A DNA stretch of 63,974 nucleotides, filler included, from Stramenopiles sp. TOSAG23-2 (GCA_900128395.1; 3 parts of 3 records of this genome joined end to end with filler, not necessarily neighbours in it), one strand, 5' to 3'; shown: positions 1 through 12,117, counted from the whole stretch's first letter. Notes: generated by a model not told the origin, from the letters alone. Numbers and translations are program-made.

Positions 1-624
1 ATGATGCCACTAAAATGTGCCAAACCTGGATTATCTGGCCCATCAAAATGTGGTGCATGTGGCTGTGACTGCACCTTTGTCAGTGTGGTTGCCAAGAATC
101 CGCCAAGACTCCGCCATAAGAAAAAAAGTTTTTTTGATGAATTGGAAGACGAACAAATTGGATGGAACGAAGACCCATATGATGATGATTTTGATGAAAT
201 TGACAACCACGTTGGCGAACCATTGCTTTGCCACAGCAGACGAGGAAGAAACTGCGGTTATCTTGAATACTATAAACCGAACGGGAAAGTTGACATGAAG
301 TCCCCCTCCTACAGTAGTTGGAGATCTGACCATCCAAGAGGTTCATACGGAGGCAACAGGTATGATGAGGACGCTGATGAAAATGTTGGTGATTTTCACG
401 CTACACGCGCGCGTATTCGGAGTCGCTCCTTTAATCAACCTCCCGTTCGATGGGCGTCTGATGAAAATGTTGGTGGTGGGCGTGTGTACGGCGAATACAA
501 CAAAGGACCATACACAGCAGGTGCTGAATATAATTGGGATGAAGAAGAAGAAAATGTTGGCGGTCGTGGTTATGGTAAACCTCAATTCCGTGAATATTTT
601 GAAGCAGGCGGATGGCGTTTGTAA
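1..624 (+). CDS. Hypothetical protein, probably 5'-partial, with Cys-rich start and repeated acidic-(E/N)xVG motifs
   Basis: 207-aa ORF open to the window edge, more GC-rich than flanking intergenic DNA, followed by an AT-rich 3' region; motifs DEQIG, DNHVG, DENVG, DENVG, EENVG. Confidence 0.6.
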   Translation: MMPLKCAKPGLSGPSKCGACGCDCTFVSVVAKNPPRLRHKKKSFFDELEDEQIGWNEDPYDDDFDEIDNHVGEPLLCHSRRGRNCGYLEYYKPNGKVDMKSPSYSSWRSDHPRGSYGGNRYDEDADENVGDFHATRARIRSRSFNQPPVRWASDENVGGGRVYGEYNKGPYTAGAEYNWDEEEENVGGRGYGKPQFREYFEAGGWRL

Positions 625-845
625 CCTGACACCTGACACGATTAGACGTATTTTTCTTCAAATATAATACCAGTATTACATTTGTTATATAATAGTGCAA
701 TACTTCATTTCTCCCATGCACAGGCTATTAATAATATTATAAAAAAAATCTTTCTTCTTCAACAATTACACCACAGATCATCTAATATTAATATTATTAA
801 AAAAATGATCCCTACTCGATTTATATGAGCTATGAGTTATGATAC

Positions 846-1210
846 ATATCATTATCATACTTATGTACTTCATAACTTTATTATAAAAAATAAAAATATA
901 ACGTATATCAAGTATATCAATTATATCGTAATTAATTAGAGTTTTTTGAACCTGTTTTATATCTGTGGTACACTACTTGTAACATTTTGTTGCCCCATTA
1001 CCACTTGTTGTTGANNNNNNNNNNNNNNNNNNNNNNNNNNNATATCATTATCATACTTATGTACTTCATAACTTTATTATAAAAAATAAAAATATAACGT
1101 ATATCAAGTATATCAATTATATCGTAATTAATTAGAGTTTTTTGAACCTGTTTTATATCTGTGGTACACTACTTGTAACATTTTGTTGCCCCATTACCAC
1201 TTGTTGTTGA
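846..1210. repeat. Exact 169-bp duplication flanking a scaffold gap (846-1014 / N 1015-1041 / 1042-1210); assembly artefact
   Basis: Identical sequence on both sides of the N run. Confidence 0.9.
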
Positions 1211-2262
1211 AACATTGGCTGTTGTCCCATAATTATTTGTTGTTGTGGCATTGACTGTTGTCCCATAATTATTTGTTGTTGTGGCATTGACTGTTGTCTC
1301 ACTGCCACTTGTTGTTGACCCATTACCACTTGTTGTCGTAACATTGGCTGTTGTCCCATTACTATTTGTTGTTGTCCATTGTAACCCCCACTTTGGAGAA
1401 TCTCTACACAAAACTTGTCTATAATATAGCTCCCAGCTTGACCTGGCAATGCGTTTTTTTTATAAGTGCTTGCCCCAGGGGTCCAGGTTATCCTTACCTT
1501 TCTACCAAAAGCATTCTCGTGCGCTTCCCGAAGAGCTGTCCACATGGGCTGTGTGCCGTTCACTTCGGCATTTACCGTATGTTTGCAAACAAGCACGAAG
1601 AAGCCTACCAAGTATATGATTGTAAACACAGTAAAAACGCTTCCAGCTGGCCCATCGATGCTGGATAGACCAGCCAAGAGAAACATGACAACAGCTGCTC
1701 CAATTCCATACAGAAAATTGTTACCCGCGCACAAGTGATTCTTTTGTGGATCATAATAGTCTCGCCAGGCAGTATTGATGATTTTGGCGCCTTGCGCCCA
1801 TTCTTCGCTCGTCAATATACCATATAATGGTGTTGGCAAAATTAATGGGATATATGGCTTGCAGAAGTCGGGGCGGCCGTAGTTTACTGATGCGCCAGCA
1901 ATTCTATTCACCGCTTTTTCTATTTCACCTTCTAGCCTTGAAACAAATTGACTGGCGTCATCATTTCCTGTTAATTCATGCTCTTGCAGAGGAAAACGGG
2001 AGACAATACAAAATGCAGTGTTACTATTAGGTGCCCCATTACCGGCAAACATTCCCAAGGTAGAATCATGGATTTTTCCAGTGAGAAGAGGCCATTCATT
2101 CAGTGCATACTTGTAACTAAAACTGACTTGCTTCCCCCCTGCAGGCAAAAACCACCCGCCGGTTGGCCTCATTATAATTTTTGCATTTTCAAGTACGAAG
2201 ATTTGCATCTGCGGTTGGCCGTCAAGCAAACCGTATGGATCAGGTAAACCATAACCACTCAT
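1153..2262 (-). CDS. Hypothetical two-TM membrane protein with C-terminal Gln-rich repeats (QQQ(I/V)(I/V)MGQQ)
   Basis: 369-aa ORF; two hydrophobic segments (FLYGIGAAVVMFLLAGL, VFTVFTIIYLVGFFVLV); 39-bp-type repeats at the 3' end. Confidence 0.7.
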   Translation of the reverse strand: MSGYGLPDPYGLLDGQPQMQIFVLENAKIIMRPTGGWFLPAGGKQVSFSYKYALNEWPLLTGKIHDSTLGMFAGNGAPNSNTAFCIVSRFPLQEHELTGNDDASQFVSRLEGEIEKAVNRIAGASVNYGRPDFCKPYIPLILPTPLYGILTSEEWAQGAKIINTAWRDYYDPQKNHLCAGNNFLYGIGAAVVMFLLAGLSSIDGPAGSVFTVFTIIYLVGFFVLVCKHTVNAEVNGTQPMWTALREAHENAFGRKVRITWTPGASTYKKNALPGQAGSYIIDKFCVEILQSGGYNGQQQIVMGQQPMLRQQVVMGQQQVAVRQQSMPQQQIIMGQQSMPQQQIIMGQQPMFQQQVVMGQQNVTSSVPQI

Positions 2263-2644
2263 AGTTGATTGTAAATATATCGCATATATGCTTTGTGTAG
2301 TAATTGTTGTTTGGTTCTATTTAACTAACTGAAAAGTACTTAGTGGCAATATAAATACACACTTAGATCAACACATCTCTGTGGAACTAATATATAATAA
2401 TATTTTTTCTTTTTTTATTAATAATATCTCAACTGCAACTTCTTATTATTACATTCATAAGCACATCATTAATAACATCATTTTAATCATACCAGCATAC
2501 CAGGTACTATTACAACTATTAATATAGCCTATGATTTTTATTTAAAATATTATAGAAAATAAGAAAGTTAAGAGAGGAAACATATCAACAACAAAATATA
2601 AGAATACGCAATACCATTATTATCATCATCATCAATCTGGAACG

Positions 2645-4754
2645 ATGGCTTTTGCACCTAATTTAGACAAACCAATTGGAGATTTGTCACCCGCAGATCT
2701 AATATGGCCAAAACCTTTTGATATTAATTGTACAAAACCAACTAATGGCAAATTTGATAGAAATGAAATGTTAAGCGGAGGTTGGGGAAAAATAGCAATA
2801 ATAAGTCCAAAACAATTGAATCTCAACTTTGGTATACCTGTAAAAAATGTAAAAGTATCTAATGTCATAAACGAAGCTTTTGATCGTCTGCAGTCACACT
2901 TATCGGTTTATGATGTAAATGATGCACCATATACACGAATGCATTTCATACCTTTGCGGAAAAATGTTAAAGATACCTGGTCAAAACAATTGAAAAATTT
3001 ACCAATTCAATATACTCTAGTAGTAGTCAATTTGCTGGAAATTGGTGATAATATGGATAAAACTTGTTTTGTTACTGATAATCATGTTGATGAGTCGTAT
3101 AACATGGTTATAGATCGAAAGGATATGGATGTAGTAGTGGAAATAAATGCAAGTAGCTGTGTTGGCGTGTTACGTGCTCTATCGTCTCTACAATATAGCG
3201 TGGAATATATTGATAACGGTAAGTTTATCTTTGGTGGTTTACCAATTTATATTCATGATAAGCCTAGGTTTAAATGGCGAGGATTAATGGTTGATACTTC
3301 TAGACATTTTATTCCTTTAAGCAGATTGAAAAATGTTGTAGATGGCATGGAAAGATTAAAGTTGAATGTTTTCCATTGGCATATAGTTGATTCACAAAGC
3401 TTCCCATTCGAATCGAAAATCTATCCAAATTTGGCAGCAAAAGGTGCATATGATGATAAAAATGCTGTCTATAGAAGAGATGAAATCAAAGATTTTATAG
3501 AATATGCTGGGAAACGCGGTGTTCGTATCGTACCTGAATTTGATTTACCCGCACATACAGGAAGCTGGGGTGGTCTTAGCATCGATGCTGCTGATACTGG
3601 TTTACTTGTCAGATGCCCAAATATAGTAAAAGCAGATGAAAGATTGATGGAGCACGGCGTTGATAAGGTTGCGCTAAATCCATTACATCCAAAAATTTTA
3701 AAATTGTTAACACCACTATTAAATGAAATATTTGATTTGTTTCCTGATAATTATATACACTTTGGTGGTGACGAAGTAAATGCTGATTGCTGGGAAACAA
3801 ATGAACAAATTAAAAAATGGAAAGCAAATTATGAAAAAGTTGGAAATTCCGTACCATGGCATTCAAAATTACAAGGAATTTTTACAAAAAAAATATTCAA
3901 ACTTGCAAAAACAAAAAACAAAAGGCCAATTGTTTGGGATGATACCTTAAGCATAACAGATCTCACTGAAGATCATGTAGTTCAATGGTGGAGAGGTTGG
4001 TTGCCATCGCAAATTAATATAGCGCATCAGCGGAACTTGCAAACAACGTCAAGTGTTGGTTACTATTTAGATGATTTATCACAATCATGGCAAAAAATGT
4101 ACCAGCAAACAATTGATGATAGTAGCAGTACATTGAGTCTCGGTGGTGAAGCTGCATGTTGGGATGAGCATGCAGATGATGATAATCTAGACCATCGAAT
4201 ATTTTCCAGATTGCCAGCTGTTGGTAAGTAAATCCTAAGATTCCCCTGTAGAAATACATTATATACTGTACAGTTAAGATAAAAGAAAATATCTAACCTT
4301 TTTTCATACATTACGTTACACAGCTGAACGATTATGGTCTAGAAAAGAAGCTACAGCATCGTTAGACGAAATAGACAAACCCAGAATGGGAAGAACTCTT
4401 TGTTTGCTAAAACAGCAAATTGGCTTAAATGTTGGACCTGTATTTCCTGATTTTTGTAAAATTCCACGGAAAACATTATTGAATAGAAATGCTAACAATG
4501 TAATAGTGGCTGGTCTTGGAACAGTGAATGATAGTAATCCATCGTATATGGATAAAATAGAATGGGAAACAATTGCCATGTTATCGTTTTTCTGTTGGAT
4601 GCTTACAGCATCCATATTATTTTATAAATTTTATGCTGGTAAGCAGTTTAAAGGAAAGCGTTACGTTGAAAATAGCTACTCACCTGTATCCACAGAAGAA
4701 GAAGAGGATGCAGAGGAGAGGCGATTAGATGGTTTAAATGATTATGGGGAATGA
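2645..4754 (+). CDS. Beta-N-acetylhexosaminidase (GH20) with C-terminal TM anchor; exons 2645-4223, 4324-4754
   Basis: GH20 motifs RGLMVDTSRHF, NVFHWHIVDSQSFP, PEFDLPAH, HFGGDEV, GGEAACWDE; removing the GTAAGT..CTAAC..CAG intron (4224-4323) restores AVAERLWS; TM segment WETIAMLSFFCWMLTASILFY. Confidence 0.92.
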
Positions 4755-4864
4755 TCCAATTTAAAATACGAAAAAAGTATTTTTTAATATTTTTTTTTAT
4801 ATATTATATTCGTACGAAGTATCATACGAAGTCGTACATGTATTTTTAAAAAATTGTTCATGTT

Positions 4865-6532
4865 TTAAAATTCTTCACTTGCATCACTTTCATAGGACTC
4901 TTCAACACTTTCGCCATTTACAACAAGATCGTTCTCTTCAATACTATTCTTGCTATTTCCATTTTCTCGTCCGTTTATTTCATTTTCAGTTTCCTTTGTT
5001 GAATTGGCAATGTCATGTTCATTGGTAGTACTGCTGGATCTTATCATTTTATCAACTATTTTTTTCTCCTTTGATATACATGCAATTAATTCACCATATG
5101 CGTAATGCGTTTTGACAGAGACTGCTGTAACAACACCATCAATTATCGATAACATACGTTTAGTAGAGCATGCATCATTATTTGAATGAACCAAAGCACA
5201 CAATTGGTTTTTTCGCACTATCTCACCTGGTTGAATAAATAATTCAACCACTCCTTCGTCTGATAGATTAGTTGAGTAGAGATGATTTTCAAATATTTTA
5301 GGCACATTCGCATCCTCATCGTCTTCTTCTTCTTCCAACTGATATTTATTTTCCATTGCTAAATCTTGGGAAAATGGTTCATATGCCGAACATGAAATGG
5401 AATTTATTTGTTCTTCCTCCATACCTGGCGGAACATTCAAAACAATACTCCCAGCCAATAATGAGCGCCAAATCATTTGTTCGATATTTTTAAAGTATGA
5501 ATAGTGTAAACCGATATGATTTGAAAAATCTTGGCAAACAGTATAACGAGGTATTGAAAAAGCATCAACTTGTAATGCTAAGTCTGACGTAAGAAATGTT
5601 TTGAAATTATTGAATTTCTTTCGAAATCCCGTGCAATTTGTAAATGGTGATCTAAAACTGCGATTCTCACTATCATCTATTGTGTTAAAATCCGAAGGTG
5701 ACGAAACAATTCCGTTGTTATTACTTGCAGTAATGTTGCTGTTGTTGTTGTTGGTACTCCTGCTGACAACAATTAAATTATCATTTTGATTTTGATTTTG
5801 TTCTTGTTCTTTTGTAATTAAAGAACCTGAATATAAAACTACTTCAATACCAAACGACGATAATAGCTCTAAGCCTAGTGCTTGTGTATTACCACAAGCA
5901 TGATCTTCTACCGATGTGACTACACATGGTGGAATACGAATGCTGTCCCCACGACAACAATCTCTGAATTCAATAAAATAATCAATTTGTGAAATAATTT
6001 TTTCTGAAAATACATGCAATAATGAGGATGGTATCTCCTCAGATAAAATGACATATTGACCACTCATTGTTTTGCAATCTAAGCTACGAAATACTTTTAG
6101 AGAAGCTGTTTCAGAAACAAGATTGCTGGTACCATTATAATATAGCCCTATTGGTCCATTTTGTATACCAGTGACTACATATAATGATATTACTCGCATT
6201 ATAGGCCCGTTGTCCGTGTGCTCAGCATATGATAATTTTACTCGTAATTTTGTACCAGTTGCACAAGAATTAAAATTGAAGTTTAATAATAACGATGGTT
6301 GAATAACAATACGGTTGTTATTACTTGAACCTGACAGGTCATCACCTGTTACATCATCCGCTATGAATGTCAAATCAACTTGAATGTCATTATCCTGTTG
6401 TTTTTTTTTTTTTTTCCTACCTCTCTTTTTTTTCCCGGAAGAGGTAGTATTCATATTAGGATTATTACGTCGTTTCTTACTTGCTCTGACTGTTTTTCCA
6501 TCTTGTTGTTCATTCGTGATAGTATTATTCAT
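4865..6532 (-). CDS. Divergent AstE/AspA (M14 succinylglutamate desuccinylase/aspartoacylase-like) protein with C-terminal barrel-sandwich hybrid domain; probably inactive
   Basis: LYVVTGIQNGPIGLYYNG...VFRSLDCKTMSGQYVIL and IISQIDYFIEFR follow the AstE/AspA pattern; C-terminal EGVVELFIQPGEIVRKNQLCALV...IDGVV hybrid motif; N-terminal basic NLS-like tract. Family call by eye. Confidence 0.55.
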   Translation of the reverse strand: MNNTITNEQQDGKTVRASKKRRNNPNMNTTSSGKKKRGRKKKKKQQDNDIQVDLTFIADDVTGDDLSGSSNNNRIVIQPSLLLNFNFNSCATGTKLRVKLSYAEHTDNGPIMRVISLYVVTGIQNGPIGLYYNGTSNLVSETASLKVFRSLDCKTMSGQYVILSEEIPSSLLHVFSEKIISQIDYFIEFRDCCRGDSIRIPPCVVTSVEDHACGNTQALGLELLSSFGIEVVLYSGSLITKEQEQNQNQNDNLIVVSRSTNNNNSNITASNNNGIVSSPSDFNTIDDSENRSFRSPFTNCTGFRKKFNNFKTFLTSDLALQVDAFSIPRYTVCQDFSNHIGLHYSYFKNIEQMIWRSLLAGSIVLNVPPGMEEEQINSISCSAYEPFSQDLAMENKYQLEEEEDDEDANVPKIFENHLYSTNLSDEGVVELFIQPGEIVRKNQLCALVHSNNDACSTKRMLSIIDGVVTAVSVKTHYAYGELIACISKEKKIVDKMIRSSSTTNEHDIANSTKETENEINGRENGNSKNSIEENDLVVNGESVEESYESDASEEF

Positions 6533-6581
6533 AGTTTTTTCCCTTCTTCTTTCTTTATTATATCTTAGCTATCCCCTGTAT

Positions 6582-6583
6582 CC

Positions 6584-6625
<42 letters not shown>

Positions 6626-6634
6626 TTATCATCT
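6582..6634. repeat. (TATC)n microsatellite
   Basis: About 11 tandem TATC/ATCT units. Confidence 0.9.
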
Positions 6635-7221
6635 GTGAGATACAAATTCATTCTTTTTTTGTGTTCACGGCTTACAACTTACAATCTTACAATTTACCGC
6701 GTTTTTAAGTATGCTTCTTAGAATATTTGCAAAATACTCAAATGGTAGGGGAAAACAAAAAATATATAATTCCTATATCCCTTAAAAAAAACTAAACCCA
6801 TCACCACTACAATTACATACCAGGAGCCATACTTGGATAGTTGGATTTGATAGGAGGAGGAGTGATATTTTTTCACCATCATGATCAACGAGATTCATCG
6901 AACAAAAAACAGCTCTGGGAGCTCGCAGCTTCTTTATGCAGCCACAGCAGCTATCTCTCTATCTAGGCTAGTAAGCTCAGCTAGTATACAGCAAGTATGG
7001 ATTAAAATGCACAAACTGAAGAAATGAATTATGAATTATTATTTTTAGAATTTTATAAAATTTTTATAACAAATAGAATAAGAAGTGTAGTAGAAGTAAT
7101 AGTAAGTATTATATATATCTATATACAGATATATGTGTGAACAAATAAATAGAGTTTATTTACATATTGTTGTTGCTCCACCCTCCTCCTCCACTCGTAT
7201 ACATAAGTAAAGATAAACACA

Positions 7222-7560
7222 ATGTCGCGATGGGTGAAATTGCCACGAAATATAGTATCATTAATGTTGCCGTCAAATGGAAAAGTGCCTACTGGTAAAA
7301 AAGCAAAATTTAAAGTTGATCCAAGTATGGGAAAATTTGATATCAAGGAATATTTAGATAAAGTTTATGATTTACCTAAAATTAATAAGATCCATACTGT
7401 CAATTACGATGGACATTTGAAACGGGTTCCAAAGCCAAAAGGAGATGGCTACATGATTAAACGTATGAAAGCTTATAAAACTGCGTATGTATATTTTGAT
7501 ACACCATTAGGTGATGAAGAGGATAATAATGAAAATAATACAAAATTAATATCCGAATAG
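7222..7560 (+). CDS. MRPL23: Mitochondrial ribosomal protein uL23m
   Basis: FKVDPSMGKFDIKEYLDKVYDL..KIHTVNYDGHLKR..YKTAYV, typical L23 signature. Confidence 0.88.
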   Translation: MSRWVKLPRNIVSLMLPSNGKVPTGKKAKFKVDPSMGKFDIKEYLDKVYDLPKINKIHTVNYDGHLKRVPKPKGDGYMIKRMKAYKTAYVYFDTPLGDEEDNNENNTKLISE

Positions 7561-7816
7561 TAGTAGAGGGAGAGTGCAAAAAAAATGTAAAAAAAAATAT
7601 TTTTATTTTTATAAATTCGTAAAATATATTATATAATGGAATGCAACAATATTACGTTAACATTGTACGTATTTTTAAGTATTTCTGCCGATTGATTTTT
7701 TCATATTACCACACACACACATATATATAAGCTAATATCATATCATATCTGATATCATATGATATGATATGTACATATATGATATTTAAATATATATATA
7801 TCATAGTACGAAATAT

Positions 7817-10111
7817 TCACTTTCTTTCTTGCAATCTACGTTTAGCATTTTCAACAATACCAGTGGCATTTTCAATCACTTGTTTAATCGGTTTCATATC
7901 TGTTATTGAAATATCTCTAGGATCTTTTAAGATCAAATTTAATGTATCTAATGAAGTAGGAATAACTTTGTTTTCATCATCAGCGAAAAATACATCATCA
8001 CCATTATCATACCAGGCAAATGCAGCAACATCAATATCAACTTCCTCTTCGCCTTCCGCCTCCTTATTGTTATCATCATCATCATCATCATCATCATCAT
8101 TATTATTCATAGTATCACTTCTTATATTGCTATTTGCAATATCAACATTACTATTACTTTTATTCTGGTTGTCAATACTATCACTACTACTACTACTACT
8201 ACTACTATTAATATTATTTGCATCTTTTTTCTTTTCCTTATCTTTCTTCTTTTTTACCCTTTTCCCATTTTCGTCTACTTTAACAAAAGTACTAGATGAT
8301 GTATTTTCAAGATCCTCAGAGATTAAATCAAAAACACTACTCCCTGCAATCCATGTTGTATCTATTGCACCATACTGACATTCTTTTCCAGCACGTTTTG
8401 CAACTACTCCTAATGTGGTGCCCCATGGGGAGTGTAATGACATTTCTCCGATATTCGGGTTGTTCGAGTTTTGATTTCTATTATCAGACTGACTATTGTC
8501 GTTGTTATTGTTGTTGCTATTATTATTATTATTATGACTAGTATTAGTGCTACTACCAGATGAAGTCCCAACCTTCAGATTATTACTTGAAGTCATATTG
8601 TTGGTAGAATTATTACCAGACATAAATGATGCGTACGGTGATGTAAAATATGAATACGTTGGTGGTGATGGTGTTGGTTTTATAGTTTTAATGCCAACTG
8701 GTGTTACACTGGTCGCACCACCTTTTTTATTTATACGATTGGCCATATACATACCAGAAAATGGGGGGCTAGAACCAGTAATAGTTGTATTATTAAATGG
8801 CGATTGGGATACTCCAGATTTAAACGAACCAGAAGCAAATGCCGGAGGAGTTGCAGACCCAGGACTAAATTGAGTAATATTGCTATTGCTTCGACTACGA
8901 TTATTTCCCATCATCATATTACTAGTACTTCTATTTCCATAATTACTACCTAAACTTGATGGATGCAATGGTGGTGTACCAACTGAAAATGCAGCACCAC
9001 CACTAATTTCGTATATGTGTTGCGTTAATGTAATATTATATATATATACATATATATATATATAATGTTAGTTTGGAATTCAAAAATAAAGGAAAAAGAT
9101 CAATATATGTACATATATATATATATATAATTGTACGTACCTATCACCAAATGAACCAAATCTACGCCTTGCAGTACCTTCAGCATACGAGCTTGGATAT
9201 ACAGGACTATTATCACTTTTATTATTTGGAACACGCATATCAAGTAAAACGTCTCTTCCACTACTATTTGTGGATGAATTTGAACCAGTGCTATTTCGTT
9301 TAAGATTAATATTTGTTGGAATTTGTCTCGGGTCTGATTTGACTCGTGTTAAACGTGTAGGACCTGGAATATAATTATCATTCACAACAGTTTTTCCAAG
9401 ATTAGGATTCCTATTATTATTATTGTTATTGTTTCCATTTCCACTCATATTGTTGTTACTAGACGAAGGTATAGCTTCATTAATTGTATGTATATTCCTT
9501 CGTTCATCCATTACATTTTTACGATATAAGACTTCTACTTGAAAGACTCCTAATATACTATGTAAACTTTTAAATTGATATTTGACAACGATTGCATCAT
9601 CCCTGAAAGATTTTTTACCGGGTTTCGACAATGTAATGTTATATGATTCACCTTGATGACGATTTGAACGGATACTTGCAGGTAATACCCCTACAAGACT
9701 TTGTAAAGAACGTAAAAATATGGACAATTCCAATAATGTTTTACTCATATTATACGTCGGATTTTTCATTGCAGTTGCTTGATCATGTTGCGTTAACCGT
9801 ACATTCCAAGTTTCTAATAAATTATCCTCACCAGCAAATACATGCAAAGAGACAGGTTGACGAATGCCCCCACCTAACACATCGACTTGCTTACGCAGTT
9901 GCCTCATTTCAGGCACTACTAAGTTAAACTGTAATATGAAAATAGTGTGTTAGTTATGTATAAATAAAAAATGTTTTGATGAACTCTTGTTAAAACTTAC
10001 CATTTTCATTGGAGTTCTTTCCCAAGCTGCAGAGTCCGGACACCTTGCGTATCCAACGATCTCGTATGCCATATATACAGCATATTTAAATACTTTTTCC
10101 CATTTATCCAT
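7817..10111 (-). CDS. ATG13: Autophagy-related protein 13 (N-terminal HORMA domain, long disordered Ser/Asn-rich tail); exons 10111-10001, 9928-9141, 9002-7817
   Basis: Spliced frame reads MDKWEKVFKYAVYMAYEIVGYAR..KMFNL..LLETW..LSIFLRSLQSLVGVLPA, matching the ATG13 HORMA pattern; both introns are GT-AG with ACTAAC and keep the frame. Confidence 0.72.
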
Positions 10112-10848
10112 TTGTCTATCTTTTTTAAAAAAGAATTATAATTTGCCAAAATAATAATATCTATAAGTTGAATGATTCATATATATCAAATCCATATCTA
10201 AATGACAAACTAAAACTATATATTACTAATTATATATATCGGCTTATTTCTATTAATATTGAAATGATGTGCAAAAATTATAGACTAACTACAACAACAA
10301 TTATTTGTTGTTTTTTTTGATTGAAAAAAGCGATTTAAGGTACATTATTTTAGTTTGTCAATTCATACTAATACGAGCGCTGTTTCTGGATTTTTATTCA
10401 AATCCAGAAAATCCTACTTAACAACATTTTGATAGGAAAAAAGACTAGTTACAGAAGTTAATTAATCTTTACCTGCTGAAATTTAGGATGGACACAGCAT
10501 TAAATAGCATAAAAATCTGATTGTATTCTAATTACCCATTCAAGTATAAATTTTATGGTCATTTGCTAGGTATGACAACAACCTTAAATAGGCTAAAACA
10601 ACCACTAGCACTAGCACCTAGCACACTGCAAAAAAAAGCTAAAACCTTCTCTCTGCTAAAACGCGCACAATAATATATTATAACAACCGTTGTTGAGTTG
10701 TACGTTAAAAATGAAATAATAAATTATAAAAACTTATAAAATGAAAAAAGGTAAAGTTGTAGATATATATCAAAGCAACGTTCTAAATCGATATTAAAAA
10801 AGAAAAGTAATTACATAGCGGTATATATATAATACATATAAAAGAAAG

Positions 10849-11862
10849 ATGGGAAAAAAAGGTGGCGATAAAAAAAAAGCAGCGAAAGGCCCAGTAGTAG
10901 AACCAGTAACGCCGGAAGAATTTATAGCAAATTATAAAAAAGCATGTAAACTATTTGGTGCACCATCTTGTGATACAGTAGTGCAACAACTAAATAATGA
11001 AGAAAATCCTGATAAGACAAAGATGGTAGTAGATGATGAAATTGGACCTGCTGGTGTACGTGCAATATGTGCAGCTTTATTGGGGAAACACCCTGATTTT
11101 AAACCACCACGTTCGTTTGAACATTATACCTCTTTACATTTTGGTAGGTCTAATGCTGGTCCAGATGGTTGTGTATCAGTTGCAGAATTATTACGACTAG
11201 GCGGCGAAGCGCAAACCATTCAATGTTTAAGAATGATGGATAGTAAGATTGGCGTGCGTGGGTGTAAAGCACTCGGCTCTGCACTTAGTTTCGGTTGCAA
11301 TGTCACGCTAAAGACGTTATATCTACAATACGATAGTACAATAGGCGATGCTGGATGTGATGCATTATGCCGTGGTTTGAGGACCAATTCTACGATAAAA
11401 AGAATTGAGCTTGAATATTGTGACATAGGCCCTAAAGGTGCTAAGGGTATTGCCCAAGTCATGGGATATGGACGTACTGAAATTGAGAAAATAAGTCTTC
11501 GTGGAAATAAAATTGGTGGCCAAGGATTAGTGTATATTGCAAAAGCGTTAGGTAAAAATTCAAAATTAGCATCATTAAGTTTACAAGATAATTGTATATC
11601 TCAAGATAATTTGGAAGAATTAGAAGTTTTACGTTCTGGATTGGATGCAAATGAGACATTGGAAGCATTTTATTTCAGCGACAATCCAATTGGTTCTGAA
11701 GGTTGTAGTGTATTAGCCCCTGCATTAGCAAAAGATGCAAATAAAAATTTAAAAACTGTGCAAATTTATACTAAACAACCATCTGGATTATTTAATGAAT
11801 TAAATCGTGCTGGTGGTGGTGGTAAAAAAGGTAAAAAAGGAAAGAAAAAGAAAAAGAAGTAA
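10849..11862 (+). CDS. RNI-like leucine-rich repeat protein (LRRC73-like, likely ciliary)
   Basis: 28-aa LRR units (LxLxxNxIGxxGxxxLxxxL); Lys-rich GGKKGKKGKKKKKK tail. Confidence 0.8.
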   Translation: MGKKGGDKKKAAKGPVVEPVTPEEFIANYKKACKLFGAPSCDTVVQQLNNEENPDKTKMVVDDEIGPAGVRAICAALLGKHPDFKPPRSFEHYTSLHFGRSNAGPDGCVSVAELLRLGGEAQTIQCLRMMDSKIGVRGCKALGSALSFGCNVTLKTLYLQYDSTIGDAGCDALCRGLRTNSTIKRIELEYCDIGPKGAKGIAQVMGYGRTEIEKISLRGNKIGGQGLVYIAKALGKNSKLASLSLQDNCISQDNLEELEVLRSGLDANETLEAFYFSDNPIGSEGCSVLAPALAKDANKNLKTVQIYTKQPSGLFNELNRAGGGGKKGKKGKKKKKK

Positions 11863-12117
11863 AAAAAGAGATATATGATATAAAATATTTTAATATTTTA
11901 TGATATTTTATATAGAGAGCTAAAAATTCGGATGTGTATAATTATTTTACTTGTTTTTTTTATAACTTTCATGAATACTACTGATCAGAGTAAAAAATAA
12001 AAATAAAACACAAAATATTTTTTCATTTTTTATACCACACACGCACACACAAAAAATTAAAAAAGTTCTACGTCGTAGCAAAAATTCTTTCTCACATAGT
12101 TTACATATAATTTCATT

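Noticed and set aside
5090-5270. Biotin/lipoyl carrier domain
   Set aside because: No MKM or DKA attachment-lysine motif; better explained as the AstE/AspA hybrid domain.
7764-8378. Hydrophobic antisense ORFs as membrane proteins (also 29390-30061, 15444-15845, 59751-60290 and others)
   Set aside because: Mirror frames of Asn/Asp/Lys/Glu-rich coding sequence on the opposite strand.
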